A DNA stretch of 64,000 nucleotides from an uncultured Chloroflexia bacterium (GTDB taxonomy: Bacteria > Chloroflexota > Limnocylindria > Limnocylindrales > CSP1-4): assembly GCA_963728635.1 (NCBI GenBank), contig CAVSKR010000002.1, forward strand, positions 136,140-200,139. The letters are read 5' to 3'. Positions 1 to 10,727 of the stretch are shown piece after piece. How positions within the stretch are numbered: the stretch's first letter is position 1; every line of letters starts with the position of its first letter. Both the position numbers and the translations under genes were made by a program. The notes under the pieces were generated by a model. That model ran no database searches. It worked only from the letters and a program-made list of their open reading frames with translations, and had not been told where the DNA came from.

Positions 1-2
1 AC

Positions 3-482
3 TACACCGACAACTGGGATGCCGCCATCGCGCAGACCACCATGGAGCAGTTCCTCACCGCCGAGGACAACAAGATCGACGCGGCCATCGTGCTCAACGA
101 CGGCATGGCCGGCGGCGTCGTCGCGGCGCTCAAGGGCCAGGGCCTCGATGGCAAGGTCCCCGTCACGGGGCAGGACGCTGACAAGGCGGCCCTGAACCGC
201 GTCGCGCTCGGCACCCAGCTCGTCAGCGTCGGCAAGGACGCTCGCCTGCTTGGCGCCGCGGCCGGCACCGCCGCCGTCGCGCTCTGCGCCGGCACTGCGC
301 TCGCCGACGTCGCAGGCGCTGTCCAGTTCGAGACCCCCGAGAAGAAGATCATGATGAGCTCGATCTTCCTGCAGCCCGAGCCCATCACCAAGGCCAACCT
401 CCAGAAGGCCATCGACAACGAATGGGTCACCAAGGAGGAACTCTGCAAGGACGTGCCCGCCGGGTCCGTCGCGCCCTGCTGA
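3..482 (+). CDS. xylF: Sugar (xylose-type) ABC transporter substrate-binding protein, 3' portion; the gene starts upstream of the window
   Basis: Open frame from the window edge to the stop at 480-482. The C-terminal sequence is periplasmic-binding-protein like. It sits immediately upstream of a CUT2-type permease and ATPase. Confidence 0.65.
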   Translation, partial: YTDNWDAAIAQTTMEQFLTAEDNKIDAAIVLNDGMAGGVVAALKGQGLDGKVPVTGQDADKAALNRVALGTQLVSVGKDARLLGAAAGTAAVALCAGTALADVAGAVQFETPEKKIMMSSIFLQPEPITKANLQKAIDNEWVTKEELCKDVPAGSVAPC

Positions 483-571
483 GATCCGCCCCAGCGTTCT
501 GATTCACGCGCCCTGCTCCGCCCCGCGGAGCAGGGCGCGTCGCCCATCCCCGGCAGTGAGGGAGCCGCACG

Positions 572-1891
572 ATGAGCCAGAGCACCGCCGCCGCCGCAGA
601 GGCGGGAGCCAGACCCCCTCGGCCCATGCGGTCGATGCTCCTATCGATGGAGATCGACACACGGTTGCTGGGCATGATCGGGGCAACGGCCGTCATCTGG
701 ATCGTGTTCAACATCCTCTCCGGAGGTTCGTTCCTCACCGCTCGTAACCTCTGGAACCTCTCGGTCCAGTCGGCGGCGGTCGCGGTCATGGCCTCCGGCA
801 TGGTCCTGATCATCGTGTCCCGGAATATCGACCTGTCCGTGGGGTCCATGCTCGGGTTCACAGGGATGTTCATGGCGATCATGCAGGCCGAGTGGCTGCC
901 CAACAGTCTTGGGCTCGGCCTGGGCCACCCGTTGACCTGGATCATCGCCCTGACCGCGGGCCTCATCGTCGGCATCGCCGTCGGCGGCCTGCAAGGGCTC
1001 CTGGTCGCCTACGTCGGCATCCCATCGTTCATCGTCACGCTCGGCGGGCTGCTCGTCTGGCGCGGCTTCGCCTGGACCCTGGCCTCGGGTCGGACGATCG
1101 CCCCCCTGGACGGCACCTTCCTGCTCCTGGGCGGCGGACCCAAAGGATCCGTCGGGGCCACCATCTCGTGGATCATCGGCGGCCTTGCCGTTGCCGCGTT
1201 GATCTATGCCCTGATCAGCGGCCGGCGACGTCGACGCCGCTACGGCTTCCCGGTCCGGCCGATGTGGGCCGAGATCACGATCGGCCTGGTCGGTTGTGTC
1301 GGCGCCTTCGGCGCGGTCTGGATCGCCAACAACTACTTCTGGCCCGAGGGCCTGGCCCGTCAGTTCGCCGCGGCCAATGGCATCGCCTGGCCGGACGGCG
1401 GACTGCAGATCCCGACCGGCATCGCCAACCCTGTGCTCATCGCGATCGGCGTGACGGTGATCATGACGATGCTCGCCACCCGGCGTCGCTTCGGTCGCTA
1501 TGTCTACGCGATCGGCGGCAACCCCGAAGCGGCCGAGCTGGGTGGCATCAACACCAAGCGGATCATCATGATGACCTTCGTCCTCATGGGCGTCCTCGCT
1601 GCCGTCAGCGGTGCGATCTCGAGCGCCCGCCTCGAGTCGGCGGTCGTCGGCCTCGGGGTCGGCGCGGAACTGGCGGTCATCGCCGCTGTCGTCATCGGCG
1701 GAACGTCGTTCGCGGGCGGCATCGGCACCATCCCCGGCGCGGTCTTCGGCGCCGTCCTCATGCAGTCGCTCCAGTCGGGCATGGCTCTCCTGAAGGTCGC
1801 CGCCCCCATCCAGGACATCATCGTCGGCATCGTGCTTGTCACGGCGGTCGGTCTCGATACCGTCCTCCGGCGCCGAGCTGGGAGGCCCTGA
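572..1891 (+). CDS. xylH: Monosaccharide ABC transporter permease (XylH/RbsC family)
   Basis: 439 aa multi-TM protein with typical branched-chain/sugar permease motifs. Its stop overlaps the next start (ATGA at 1888-1891). Confidence 0.8.
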   Translation: MSQSTAAAAEAGARPPRPMRSMLLSMEIDTRLLGMIGATAVIWIVFNILSGGSFLTARNLWNLSVQSAAVAVMASGMVLIIVSRNIDLSVGSMLGFTGMFMAIMQAEWLPNSLGLGLGHPLTWIIALTAGLIVGIAVGGLQGLLVAYVGIPSFIVTLGGLLVWRGFAWTLASGRTIAPLDGTFLLLGGGPKGSVGATISWIIGGLAVAALIYALISGRRRRRRYGFPVRPMWAEITIGLVGCVGAFGAVWIANNYFWPEGLARQFAAANGIAWPDGGLQIPTGIANPVLIAIGVTVIMTMLATRRRFGRYVYAIGGNPEAAELGGINTKRIIMMTFVLMGVLAAVSGAISSARLESAVVGLGVGAELAVIAAVVIGGTSFAGGIGTIPGAVFGAVLMQSLQSGMALLKVAAPIQDIIVGIVLVTAVGLDTVLRRRAGRP

Positions 1892-2772
1892 TGACCCTCG
1901 CCGCATACGGGACGCCTGAGCCCCAGCCGCCCCAGCCTGCGGTCACGGATCCAGCCACCGATCCGGTCGTGGCCCCACCGGCGGCCACCTCCGCCGGGAC
2001 GGCGCCGCTCGTCGAGATGCGGGACATCCGCGTCTCGTTCGGCGGCGTCCACGCCGTTGACGGCGTGAGCGTGGATCTCCAGGCCGGCGAGGTCGTCGGC
2101 CTGGTCGGCGGTAATGGCGCCGGCAAGTCGACCCTCATGCGGGTCCTGTCCGGTGCCCACCTCGCCAATTCCGGACAGATCCTGGTCGACGGCGAGGAGG
2201 TCACGATCAACAACCCTCGCGACGCGAAGGCCCTGGGGATCGAGACGATCTACCAGACCCTCGCGCTGGCGGACAACGTGGACGCTGCGGCCAACCTGTT
2301 CCTTGGCCGCGAGCTGACCACGCGCTTCGGGTCACTCGACGACTCCGCCATGGAGTCCGCGACCCGCAAGGTCATGGGCCGTCTCAATCCCCGGTTCAGG
2401 AACTTCAAGGCCCCCGTCAAGTCACTGTCGGGCGGCCAGCGCCAGTCGGTGGCCATCGCCCGGGCGATCCACTTCAACGCCCGGATCCTGATCATGGACG
2501 AGCCCACCGCGGCGCTCGGTCCAGCCGAGACCAACCAGGTCCGCGAGCTCGTGGCCCAGCTCAAGGACGAGGGCATCGGTATCTTCCTGATCAGCCACGA
2601 CATCCATGACGTGTTCGACCTCGCCGATCGGATCAGCGTCATGCTCCAGGGCAAGCTCGTGGGCACGGTCAACAAGGACCACGTGACCAAGGACGAGGTC
2701 CTGGCGATGATCATCATGGGCCGAAAGCCCGGCGAGGTCACCGAGCGCGACCTTGCCGAGCTGCACGGCTAG
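1891..2772 (+). CDS. xylG: Sugar ABC transporter ATP-binding protein (single NBD)
   Basis: Walker [10 protein letters not shown], signature LSGGQRQ, Walker [12 protein letters not shown]. Translationally coupled to the permease. The long 892..2772 ORF is an in-frame 5' extension running through the permease gene. Confidence 0.8.
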   Translation: MTLAAYGTPEPQPPQPAVTDPATDPVVAPPAATSAGTAPLVEMRDIRVSFGGVHAVDGVSVDLQAGEVVGLVGGNGAGKSTLMRVLSGAHLANSGQILVDGEEVTINNPRDAKALGIETIYQTLALADNVDAAANLFLGRELTTRFGSLDDSAMESATRKVMGRLNPRFRNFKAPVKSLSGGQRQSVAIARAIHFNARILIMDEPTAALGPAETNQVRELVAQLKDEGIGIFLISHDIHDVFDLADRISVMLQGKLVGTVNKDHVTKDEVLAMIIMGRKPGEVTERDLAELHG

Positions 2773-4253
2773 AGCCGTCTGAACGAGGGCGCCAGCGCCG
2801 GGTAGAGTTCGCGGTACGTCTCATGCGCATCGGCGTAGAGCCTGCCGTCAGGTCCGGGTGACGCCGCCGGTCTGACCCTGACCAGCTGGCCGGCCGCGTC
2901 CTCGACCGACGCGAACCAGCCACCCCCGACGGCGGCGAGCAGGGCCGCGCCGTAGGCCGCACCCTCGGTCGTGCTGACCGTCGCCAGCTCGGCGCCCAGC
3001 ACATCGGCCAGGATCTGGCGCCACAGCGCGCTTGCCGTGCCGCCGCCCGATGACCGGATCTGGGTCGGGGCGGGCATGCCGGCTGCGATCATCTGGTCCA
3101 GCCCGTCCCGCAGCCCGAACGCGACGCCCTCGAGGACGGCGCGGGTCATGTGCCGTCGATCGTGACCGACGGCCAGTCCGACAAAGGCGCCACGCGCCAG
3201 CGGATCCGGATGCGGGCTCCGTTCGCCGGTGAGGTAGGGCAGGAACAACAGGCCGTCGCTGCCGGCGGCGACCTCGGCTGCGCCCGCCACGAGTGTCCCG
3301 TAGTCCTCGCCGGGCGCGAGCGCGTCGCGAAACCAGCGCAGGCTGCCTGCCGCGGACAGCATCACCGTCATCATGTGCCAGCGGCCCGGGACGGCGTGGC
3401 AGAACGCGTGGACCTGACCGTCCGGGTCCCGGAGCGGTTCGTCGGTTGTTGCGAAGACGACCCCCGACGTCCCAAGCGACAGGGCCACGATCCCCGGGCT
3501 GACCGCGCCGACCCCGACCGCATTGGCCGCCTGGTCGCCGCCACCCGCGACCACGGGTGTCCCTGCCCGCAGCCCGGTCGCTGCGGCCGCCTCGCTGGTC
3601 ACGGCGCCGGTGACCACGGGTCCTTCGAACGTCGGCGGCAGCCAGGCCGGATCGATCCGAAGCGCGGCAAGCACCTCTGGCGACCAGTCCCGGCGCGCCA
3701 GGTCGAACAGCAGCGTGCCCGCGCCATCCGCTTTGTCCAGCGCGTGCTCGCCGGTCAGCTGCAGCCGGACGTAGTCCTTGGGGAGAAGCACGTGCGCGAT
3801 CCGCGTCCAGACGTCCGGTTCGTGGTCGCGCACCCAGACGAGCTTCGGGGCGGTGAACCCGGTGAGGGCGTCGTTCCCGGTGATCGCGATCAACCGCTCC
3901 CGCCCGATGGCGGCCCGGATCTCGTCGCACGCCTCGGCCGTGCGCTGGTCGTTCCACAGGATCGCCGGGCGCAGGACCTCGTCGGCGGCGTCGAGGAGGA
4001 CCGCCCCGTGCATCTGGCCGGTCAATCCGATCGCGGTCACGTCGTCGGCCGCGACGCCTGTGCTCGCCAGCACCGAACGGATCGAGGCGGTCGTGGCATC
4101 CCACCACAGGCCGGGGTGCTGCTCCGTCCAGCCCGGTCGGGGCACGTCGAAGTCGTACGTGGACGCGCCCGTGCCGACGACGGCGCCGGACCCGTCGACC
4201 AGGACGGCCTTGGTCGCTGTCGTGGAAACGTCGATGCCGATGACGTGCGCCAT
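2769..4253 (-). CDS. xylB: Xylulokinase (FGGY carbohydrate kinase)
   Basis: 494 aa. Begins [20 protein letters not shown] and carries FGGY motifs. It lies downstream of xylA on the same strand. Confidence 0.85.
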   Translation of the reverse strand: MAHVIGIDVSTTATKAVLVDGSGAVVGTGASTYDFDVPRPGWTEQHPGLWWDATTASIRSVLASTGVAADDVTAIGLTGQMHGAVLLDAADEVLRPAILWNDQRTAEACDEIRAAIGRERLIAITGNDALTGFTAPKLVWVRDHEPDVWTRIAHVLLPKDYVRLQLTGEHALDKADGAGTLLFDLARRDWSPEVLAALRIDPAWLPPTFEGPVVTGAVTSEAAAATGLRAGTPVVAGGGDQAANAVGVGAVSPGIVALSLGTSGVVFATTDEPLRDPDGQVHAFCHAVPGRWHMMTVMLSAAGSLRWFRDALAPGEDYGTLVAGAAEVAAGSDGLLFLPYLTGERSPHPDPLARGAFVGLAVGHDRRHMTRAVLEGVAFGLRDGLDQMIAAGMPAPTQIRSSGGGTASALWRQILADVLGAELATVSTTEGAAYGAALLAAVGGGWFASVEDAAGQLVRVRPAASPGPDGRLYADAHETYRELYPALAPSFRRL

Positions 4254-4288
4254 GGCCGATCCGAGCCGTCGGGTCTCGCGGGCGGGAC

Positions 4289-5626
4289 CTAGCGGTCCGC
4301 TGCCCAGATTCGCTGGTTGACCAGGTTCTCGAGCGCCTCCTGGTGCCCCGACGTCGGCTTGGGATCGATCTCGCCCGCGGCCACCCGTGCCTCGAGCGCT
4401 TCGAGAGATGCGTCGCCCTCGAGGATCTCCGCCCCGAGGCCCTCATTCCAGCCCGCGTAGCGGGCATCCAGGCGTCGCTCGAGATCGCCTGCCTGGATCA
4501 TGTCGCCCGCCACGAGCAGCGCTCGTGCGAGCGTGTCGATCCCGCCGATGTGGCCGTAAAACAGGTCGGTTCGGTCCATGCTCTGACGCCGGAGCTTGGC
4601 ATCGAAGTTGAAGCCACCGGTCGTGAAACCGCCCGAACGGACGATCTCGTAGAGCGCCAGCGAGAGCTCGTCGACCGAGTTCGGAAACTGGTCGGTGTCC
4701 CAGCCGTTCTGGTAGTCGCCGCGGTTCGCGTCGATGCTGCCGAAAATCCCGTTCGCGCTCGCGTAGGCGACCTCGTGGTGGAAGCTGTGGCCGGCAAGCG
4801 TTGCGTGGTTCGCCTCGATGTTGACGCGGTATTCGCCCTCGAGCCCGTGCCGGAGGAGGAAGCCGTGGACGGTCGCGGAGTCGTAGTCGTACTGGTGCTT
4901 GGTCGGCTCCTGCGGCTTGGGCTCGAGCAGCAACGTGCCCTCGAAGCCGATCTTCGCCTTGTGCTCGGCGACCAGGGTGAGGAACCGCGCGAGCTGGCGT
5001 TCCTCGCGCGCCAGGTCGGTGTTCAGCAGCGTCTCGTAGCCTTCGCGGCCACCCCACAGGACGTAGTTCGAGCCGCCCAGCCGATGCGTCGCCTCGAGCA
5101 TGGCCTTGACCTGGGCGGCGGCGTAGGCGAACACCTCGGGGTCGGGGTTGGTCGCGGCTCCCGCGGCATAGCGCGGGTGGCTGAACAGGTTGGCCGTGCC
5201 CCATAGCAGCCGCAGGCCGCTGCGCCGCATGTGGTCCTCGATCAGGTCCACGACACGGCCCAGCAGCGCGACATTCTCCGTGAACGTGCCGACCTCCGGA
5301 GCGACGTCGCGGTCGTGGAACGTGAAGTACGGGACACCGAGCTTGGTGAGGAGTTCGAAGGCGGCGTCGAGCTTCTCGGTCGCGGCCTCGAGAGGGTCAC
5401 GGCCAGCGGCGTTCCACGGCCGGTCGAACGTGCCGGTCCCGAAGACGTCGGAGCCGGGCCAGGCGAACGAGTGCCACAGGCAGACGGCGATCCGGAGGTG
5501 GTCCTCCATGCGCTTGCCGAGGACCGTCCGATCGGGGTCGTACACCTTGAACGACAGCGGGTTCGTGGAGTCCAGGCCCTCGTACGCGATCGGCCCTGGC
5601 ACGTCGGTGAAGAACGCCTCTGTCAC
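4289..5626 (-). CDS. xylA: Xylose isomerase
   Basis: Motifs [16 protein letters not shown] and FHD are present. GTG start at 5626 preceded by GGAGGAGGG. The ORF-track start at 5749 adds a non-conserved 41-aa extension. Confidence 0.9.
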   Translation of the reverse strand: MTEAFFTDVPGPIAYEGLDSTNPLSFKVYDPDRTVLGKRMEDHLRIAVCLWHSFAWPGSDVFGTGTFDRPWNAAGRDPLEAATEKLDAAFELLTKLGVPYFTFHDRDVAPEVGTFTENVALLGRVVDLIEDHMRRSGLRLLWGTANLFSHPRYAAGAATNPDPEVFAYAAAQVKAMLEATHRLGGSNYVLWGGREGYETLLNTDLAREERQLARFLTLVAEHKAKIGFEGTLLLEPKPQEPTKHQYDYDSATVHGFLLRHGLEGEYRVNIEANHATLAGHSFHHEVAYASANGIFGSIDANRGDYQNGWDTDQFPNSVDELSLALYEIVRSGGFTTGGFNFDAKLRRQSMDRTDLFYGHIGGIDTLARALLVAGDMIQAGDLERRLDARYAGWNEGLGAEILEGDASLEALEARVAAGEIDPKPTSGHQEALENLVNQRIWAADR

Positions 5627-5728
5627 GATCCCTCCTCCCGAAACATCCGCCCCGACTCGCAGCCTAGCACTCGGATTCGTCGAAGAGAGCCACAAGCGCG
5701 ACGGGCCAGGCAACGGCACATCCCTGCC

Positions 5729-5966
5729 TGGAACATCCCCATGTTCCAATCGGCGAAGGAGGGCACACTCAGCGCCGGGTTGCGGCGTCCTCCGCCCGGG
5801 TCAGCCGTCATTTGGAACGCACTGGATGCTCCAAACGGCGAAGGAGTCGCCCAATCCGGCCATGGCTCCTTCGCTCAGCCGCTGATTGGAACCTCGTGAT
5901 GTTCCAGACGCGAGCGGGCGGCGGCGATGAGGGCCGATCCCTAATTCGGAACACCACCATGTTCCG
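5729..5966. promoter_or_regulatory. Array of four 20-bp palindromic operator-like sites (consensus YGGAAC-N8-GTTCCR) upstream of xylA
   Basis: TGGAACATCCCCATGTTCCA 5729-5748. TGGAAC-N9-GCTCCA 5813-5833. TGGAACCTCGTGATGTTCCA 5887-5906. CGGAACACCACCATGTTCCG 5947-5966. Confidence 0.4.
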
Positions 5967-6034
5967 TCGCGAACCTGAGCGCGCGAAGAGAGCCGCATCC
6001 GATGCGGATCGGAACCTCTCGCCGCTCTCGTCGC

Positions 6035-6331
6035 CTAGAGCCGCCCGAACCAGCTCCGCTCTCGTCGAGAGTCATCGTTCACGTCGGCGAGGTCTACGAT
6101 CTCCGGTCCCGCGTCGACGCGACCGATGCCGGGAGCGTCCGGGCCGCTCGGCGCCGAGATCGCGAAATGGACCGGCTCCTCCTCCTGGACGCCGTGCGGC
6201 CAGCCCGCGCTGCGGTAGCCGATGAAGCCGGACGCCCACGCATCCAGCGCCTGCCCCGTGCGCGGGTTGGTCATCCACGCCACGAGGGCGGCACCGACGA
6301 TGATCATCACCAGCGTGGCCGGGATATCCAT
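6035..6331 (-). CDS. Small hypothetical membrane protein (one TM helix)
   Basis: ATG at 6331 with GAGG 7 nt upstream. TM segment IPATLVMIIVGAALVAWM. The upstream part of the 6035..6430 ORF looks non-coding. Confidence 0.35.
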   Translation of the reverse strand: MDIPATLVMIIVGAALVAWMTNPRTGQALDAWASGFIGYRSAGWPHGVQEEEPVHFAISAPSGPDAPGIGRVDAGPEIVDLADVNDDSRRERSWFGRL

Positions 6332-6419
6332 GGCGTCGCCTCTGTTCACGTCGACTGTGCGCCGGGTGCCACGCGACGTCAATCGGGGGCCCGGCCCGCG
6401 CGCGGTGTAGCATCGCGGC

Positions 6420-7649
6420 GTGTCGGACACCTCCGAGAAGGGCTTCTCGACCCGCGCGATCCGAGCCGCCTCGCGCGTGCCTCGCGTCGCCCAGCGACCG
6501 TCGAGCGTGCCGATCTACCAGACCGCGACGTTCACCTCGGGCGACGCCGAGGAGCTCGGTGACGTCGTCGCCGACGCGCGCGCCGGTTACTCCTATTCCC
6601 GCCTCGCGAACCCGACCGGCCGTGCCCTCGGCGATGCGTATGCCGAGCTGGCCGGGGGCGAAGCCGGGACGGCGCTCGCATCCGGCATGGGCGCGATCCA
6701 CGCGACGCTCGCCTCGCAGCTCCAGGCGGGCGACCGGATCGTCGCGCCGCTGGCGGCCTATGGCTCGACACGGACCTTGCTGGCCGGCACGTTCGCGCGT
6801 TTCGGCGTGCGCGTCGACTTCGCGGACCTGACCGACAACGCCTCTGCCGCTGCCGCGATCGCCGAGGCACCGACGAAGGTGGTCTACGCGGAGACGATCG
6901 CCAATCCCACGACCGTCGTGACCGACCACGGAACGGTCGCCCGCCTCGCCCACGAGCACGGCGCCACGTACATCGCCGACAACACGTTCGCCTCGCCGTA
7001 CGTGTGCCGGCCGCTCGAGCTGGGCGCCGACCTCGTCGTGGAGTCGGGCACGAAGTTCCTCGGCGGCCACAGCGACGTCATCGCCGGCGTCGTCGCCGGT
7101 CCGACTGACCTGATCCGCCGCGTCGAGGCCGTCCAGAACGACACGGGCGCGACGATCGGGCCGTTCGATGCGTTCCTCGTCCTGCGCGGCATCCTGACCC
7201 TTGCCGTCCGCGTCGAGCGCCACGCCAGGACCGCGGCGGCACTGGCGGCCTGGCTCGAGCGTCAGGACAGCGTGCGCCGCGTCACCTACCCGGGTCTTCC
7301 CAGCCATCCCCAGCACGATGTCGTCCTGCGCCAGTTCCGCCCGGGCGTGGGCGGCGGGATGCTCTCGTTCGAGGTTGAGGGTGGCCGGGAGGCAGGCCGG
7401 GCGATCATCGACGCGATGGCACTCCCCGAATTGACCGCCTCGCTCGGCAGCGTCCACACGATGGTCGTTCACCCACCGTCGACCTCGCAGCGTCAGCTCT
7501 CCGAGGCGGAGCTTCTCGAGGCCGGCATCACGCCCGGCCTGTTGCGCGTCTCGGTCGGACTCGAGGACGTCGAGGACCTGCAGGCAGACTTCGCAGCCGC
7601 GCTCGAGGTCGCACGCGGCGCGGCCCGCCGCGCCACGGTCGGCGTCTAG
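6420..7649 (+). CDS. PLP-dependent Cys/Met metabolism enzyme (cystathionine gamma-synthase / methionine gamma-lyase / O-acylhomoserine sulfhydrylase family)
   Basis: 409 aa. Family motifs ESGTKFLGGHSDV, PFDAFLVLRG and HPPSTS. Confidence 0.8.
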   Translation: MSDTSEKGFSTRAIRAASRVPRVAQRPSSVPIYQTATFTSGDAEELGDVVADARAGYSYSRLANPTGRALGDAYAELAGGEAGTALASGMGAIHATLASQLQAGDRIVAPLAAYGSTRTLLAGTFARFGVRVDFADLTDNASAAAAIAEAPTKVVYAETIANPTTVVTDHGTVARLAHEHGATYIADNTFASPYVCRPLELGADLVVESGTKFLGGHSDVIAGVVAGPTDLIRRVEAVQNDTGATIGPFDAFLVLRGILTLAVRVERHARTAAALAAWLERQDSVRRVTYPGLPSHPQHDVVLRQFRPGVGGGMLSFEVEGGREAGRAIIDAMALPELTASLGSVHTMVVHPPSTSQRQLSEAELLEAGITPGLLRVSVGLEDVEDLQADFAAALEVARGAARRATVGV

Positions 7650-7659
7650 CCTCGATCGC

Positions 7660-9102
7660 GTGGCGACACCCGCCGCCGTCCGGGCGACGAGCGCCGCCGG
7701 CGTCCCGACCAACCCCCTGGCACAACTCGGGCGCGGGATCTGGCGGCTGCTGACATCGGTCGACTTCGCGGTCGTCCAGATCATCTTCCTGTCGATCCTC
7801 GCGGTGATCGGCATGACGCTCCAACAGCTCCCGGACTTCGCATTCCGGTCGCCGGGTGACTACGCGAATGCCATCGAGGCGATCCATATCCGCTACGACC
7901 CGGTGCTCGGGCCCGGGCTCGTCAACGTCCTGGAGCGACTGGGCGCGTTCTCGATCTTCAAATCCGCGATCTTCGGGATCGGCCTCGTCGTCCTGGTCGT
8001 CTCGATCGTGGTGTGCACCCTCGATCGCACTCCGCGGCTGTGGCGGGACGTGTCCGCGGTGCGGGTCGTGCAACCCGAGCCATTCTTCGATCCGCGGCTG
8101 CCCGACCGGGCAGCGATGACCGGAATCGCCGCCACCGACATGGCACGACTCGTGCGTGGCCGCGGCTTCCATATCCAAGAGGAGACGACCGCCGACGGCA
8201 CCGCCTACGTCTACGGCGATCGCCACCAGTACACGAAGATGGCCACGCTGCTGACGCACCTCGGCCTGGTCCTCTTCCTGGTCGCCGCCGCCGTCACCTC
8301 GCGCTTCGGGGACGAGCAGGGCCTGGTCGTGCCCGAGGGGGAGTCATTGACGGTCCAGAGCATCGGCACGCGCGACCTGATGCTCGTCAAGAACCTCGCC
8401 TTCGAGGCGCCCGGCTTCGAGACCGGCATGCCCACCGACTTCACGACGGACCTCGCGGTCTTCCAGAACGGTGCCGAGGTCGCGCGCAAGACGATCCGAG
8501 TCAACGACCCGCTCGCGATCGGCGGCTACACGTTCCACCAGAACGGATTCGGACCGGCGCCGCACCTGGTCATCCGCGACACCGCCGGCGAGCCGCTGTG
8601 GGACGCCAAGGTGCCGATGACCGGGGCTGCCGGCGGGGCGCCATACGAGACGATGGCGGTGCCCGGTCGAGATCTCGGGCTGCAGTTGCTGCTCGGCCGG
8701 AACGAGGTCGGCGAGGGCATCCTGGTCGTCCTGCCGTACCGCATCGTCGGCACCAACCCGGACGGGACCGATCAGATCCACAACTTCGACGCCGTGCAGC
8801 TCCGGCGGGGCGACGAGAAGGTCTCCGATGCCCTCGGAATCTCGATCACGCTCGCCGACTTCGGGGAGTACACGCTGCTCATCGCGAAGCGCGACCCGGG
8901 CCAGGGCATCGTGTGGGGCGCGTTCCTGTGCCTCATCGCCGGCATCACGATCACGTTCTACCGTCCACGCCGCCGGATCTGGGCCCGGCTCGCTCCCGAC
9001 GGCCGCCTCGCATTGGTGTTCCGCGCGGATCGCTACGTGGACGTCGAGCGCGAGTTCGGTGCGTTGCTCGACGACCTCGTGGCGGCTCGTCGACCCGCGT
9101 GA
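7660..9102 (+). CDS. ResB/Ccs1-like cytochrome c biogenesis membrane protein
   Basis: 480 aa, with an N-terminal TM, a large extracytoplasmic domain and C-terminal TMs, ResB-like throughout. No ccsA follows it. Confidence 0.65.
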   Translation: MATPAAVRATSAAGVPTNPLAQLGRGIWRLLTSVDFAVVQIIFLSILAVIGMTLQQLPDFAFRSPGDYANAIEAIHIRYDPVLGPGLVNVLERLGAFSIFKSAIFGIGLVVLVVSIVVCTLDRTPRLWRDVSAVRVVQPEPFFDPRLPDRAAMTGIAATDMARLVRGRGFHIQEETTADGTAYVYGDRHQYTKMATLLTHLGLVLFLVAAAVTSRFGDEQGLVVPEGESLTVQSIGTRDLMLVKNLAFEAPGFETGMPTDFTTDLAVFQNGAEVARKTIRVNDPLAIGGYTFHQNGFGPAPHLVIRDTAGEPLWDAKVPMTGAAGGAPYETMAVPGRDLGLQLLLGRNEVGEGILVVLPYRIVGTNPDGTDQIHNFDAVQLRRGDEKVSDALGISITLADFGEYTLLIAKRDPGQGIVWGAFLCLIAGITITFYRPRRRIWARLAPDGRLALVFRADRYVDVEREFGALLDDLVAARRPA

Positions 9103-9118
9103 CCGCAATGAGCGTGCG

Positions 9119-10651
9119 ATGACGACGCTCCACGACCTGCATCGTGCGCTGTTCCCGACGGCTCGAGCGGTCGATGGCGGCGACCTCTCGCCCGAGCGTG
9201 CCGAGCGCGAGGTGAGCTGGGTCCGCGTCCTCAAGCCGCGCGTGCCGGCCTTCGAAGCCCTGGAGACCGGGGATCTGGCGATCATCCCGGGTCCGGCGCT
9301 GGCCGTCGTCGCCTCTGGTCCTGCCCAGATCCACGACCTGACCGTCGCCCTCGCTCGAGCGCGCGCGCCGGCCGTGCTCCTGGTCGGCGGGGACGCCGGG
9401 GACGACCCGCTCACGGCCCTCGGCGAGGCCGCGGTGACCGCCGGACTGACCGTCCTCGACCTCGGTCGTGTCGATCCGATCGCACTCGAGCGCAGCGTCA
9501 TCGGCTTCCTGGTGAACCGCCGAGCGGAGCTCGACCGGCGCGCCGCCGAGCTGGAGGCGCAGCTGGCGAGGTTCGCCCTGCTGGGTCGCGGACTGGACGT
9601 CCAGGTCGCCACGATCGGTTCGTTCCTCGGGCGCGCAGTGGTGATCGAGGGCCGACGCGGCGATCCCATCGCAGTCCATGCGCCGGCCGACCTGCCGGCC
9701 GCGGCGGCAGCCGTCGCGCGCTACCTCGCCCGGCCCAGCGGCGCGGGTGCTCTCCGAATCGACATCCCGGCCGCGGCCGGTGAGCCCGGTCCGACGGGCC
9801 GCTTGATCCTCCTCGGCGACGAGCCGCCGAACGAGCTCGAGCGGATCGCGGCGGAACGCGTGGCGGCACTGCTCGCGCTCGAGCTGGCTCGGGACGAGGC
9901 CGTTCGGCAGGCTCGCGAGGAGACCCGCCGCGGTGACCCGCTCCCGGCGGACGGCCCGCCGTGGGTCGTGATGCTCGCTTCCCAGGGCGCCTCGATCGGC
10001 CCGGACGACATCGCCGCGCGGGAGGAGACCCGGTCGGAGCTGCGTCTTCTCATGTCACCGCGCCGGCTTCTCCTGCGGGGCAGCTCCGAAAGTCTCGAGC
10101 TGCGCCTGGTCGCCGCCGCGCCGGGCGACGATCCGGACGGTCTGGCCACCGCCGAGCGACTGGCCACGTTCCTCGGGCGAACCGTTGCCGTGAGTCGCTC
10201 CTTCAGCGAGCCCGGCGCCCGGCCCGCGGGGGAGGCCGCGGCCCGCGCGACGCTCGAGGCAGCCGATCTCCTGCCCGACCCGCCGCGCGTCGTCCGCGCA
10301 TCGCGCCTCCCCGCGTACCTGCTGCTTGGCAACGTCCGCAACCTGCCCGACGGCGTGCGTCAGGCACGCGAGCTGCTCGCGCCGATCCTGGTCGGGCGGG
10401 CTGATGCCCAGCGGGAACGGATCGACACGCTCGCCGCGGTCCTGTCGTCACCCAGCCTCGCCGAGGCGGCCGTCAGGCTCGGGGTGCACCGCAACACGAT
10501 CGCCTACCGGGTGCAGCGGCTCGAGGAGCGGGGCGACTGGGACCTGGGGGACGCACACTTGCGCATCGCGCTGCTGCTGGCGGTGAGAGTCATGCAAAAT
10601 GCACAAGAACAGGCACCGACGCCGGTACTGAACCGCAACCCGTCCTCCTGA
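9119..10651 (+). CDS. PucR-family transcriptional regulator (C-terminal HTH)
   Basis: ATG at 9119, in frame with the longer 8828 ORF. The C-terminus AAVRLGVHRNTIAYRVQRLEE matches a PucR HTH. It lies upstream of glnA. Confidence 0.7.
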   Translation: MTTLHDLHRALFPTARAVDGGDLSPERAEREVSWVRVLKPRVPAFEALETGDLAIIPGPALAVVASGPAQIHDLTVALARARAPAVLLVGGDAGDDPLTALGEAAVTAGLTVLDLGRVDPIALERSVIGFLVNRRAELDRRAAELEAQLARFALLGRGLDVQVATIGSFLGRAVVIEGRRGDPIAVHAPADLPAAAAAVARYLARPSGAGALRIDIPAAAGEPGPTGRLILLGDEPPNELERIAAERVAALLALELARDEAVRQAREETRRGDPLPADGPPWVVMLASQGASIGPDDIAAREETRSELRLLMSPRRLLLRGSSESLELRLVAAAPGDDPDGLATAERLATFLGRTVAVSRSFSEPGARPAGEAAARATLEAADLLPDPPRVVRASRLPAYLLLGNVRNLPDGVRQARELLAPILVGRADAQRERIDTLAAVLSSPSLAEAAVRLGVHRNTIAYRVQRLEERGDWDLGDAHLRIALLLAVRVMQNAQEQAPTPVLNRNPSS

Positions 10652-10727
10652 TACCGTTGCTTCCCGAGGTGCATGACCACCAGTTTGGTGCGGGGTGCAC
10701 AAGCCGGACGGGAGGAACAGCATCGCG

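Noticed and set aside
641-1906. 421-aa minus-strand ORF, together with 2848..4467, 6072..7814, 15700..17994, 41849..43591 and 44409..46417
   Set aside because: All are antisense or out-of-frame to well-supported genes (xylH, xylB, the CGL enzyme, mtrAB, the zinc-ribbon/fdhD pair, the fds genes). Their products are low-complexity and R/G/D/P-rich.
1891-2772. Single-NBD XylG as an anomaly, since CUT2 ATPases are usually duplicated
   Set aside because: Single-domain XylG-like ATPases occur in other actinobacterial xylFGH loci. The second ABC ATPase in this window (29832..31334) does have the fused form.
5729-5748. Cheo/SOS box (GAAC-N4-GTTC) or LacI-type cre site
   Set aside because: The spacer between GAAC and GTTC is 8 nt, not 4, and there is no central CG. 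The consensus of neither family fits.
5627-6034. Small ORFs or leader peptides, or an sRNA, in the xylA upstream repeat region
   Set aside because: No ORF has a convincing start/RBS combination. The Arg-rich ORFs 5812..6225 and 5801..5998 look like artefacts. The palindromes are better explained as operators.
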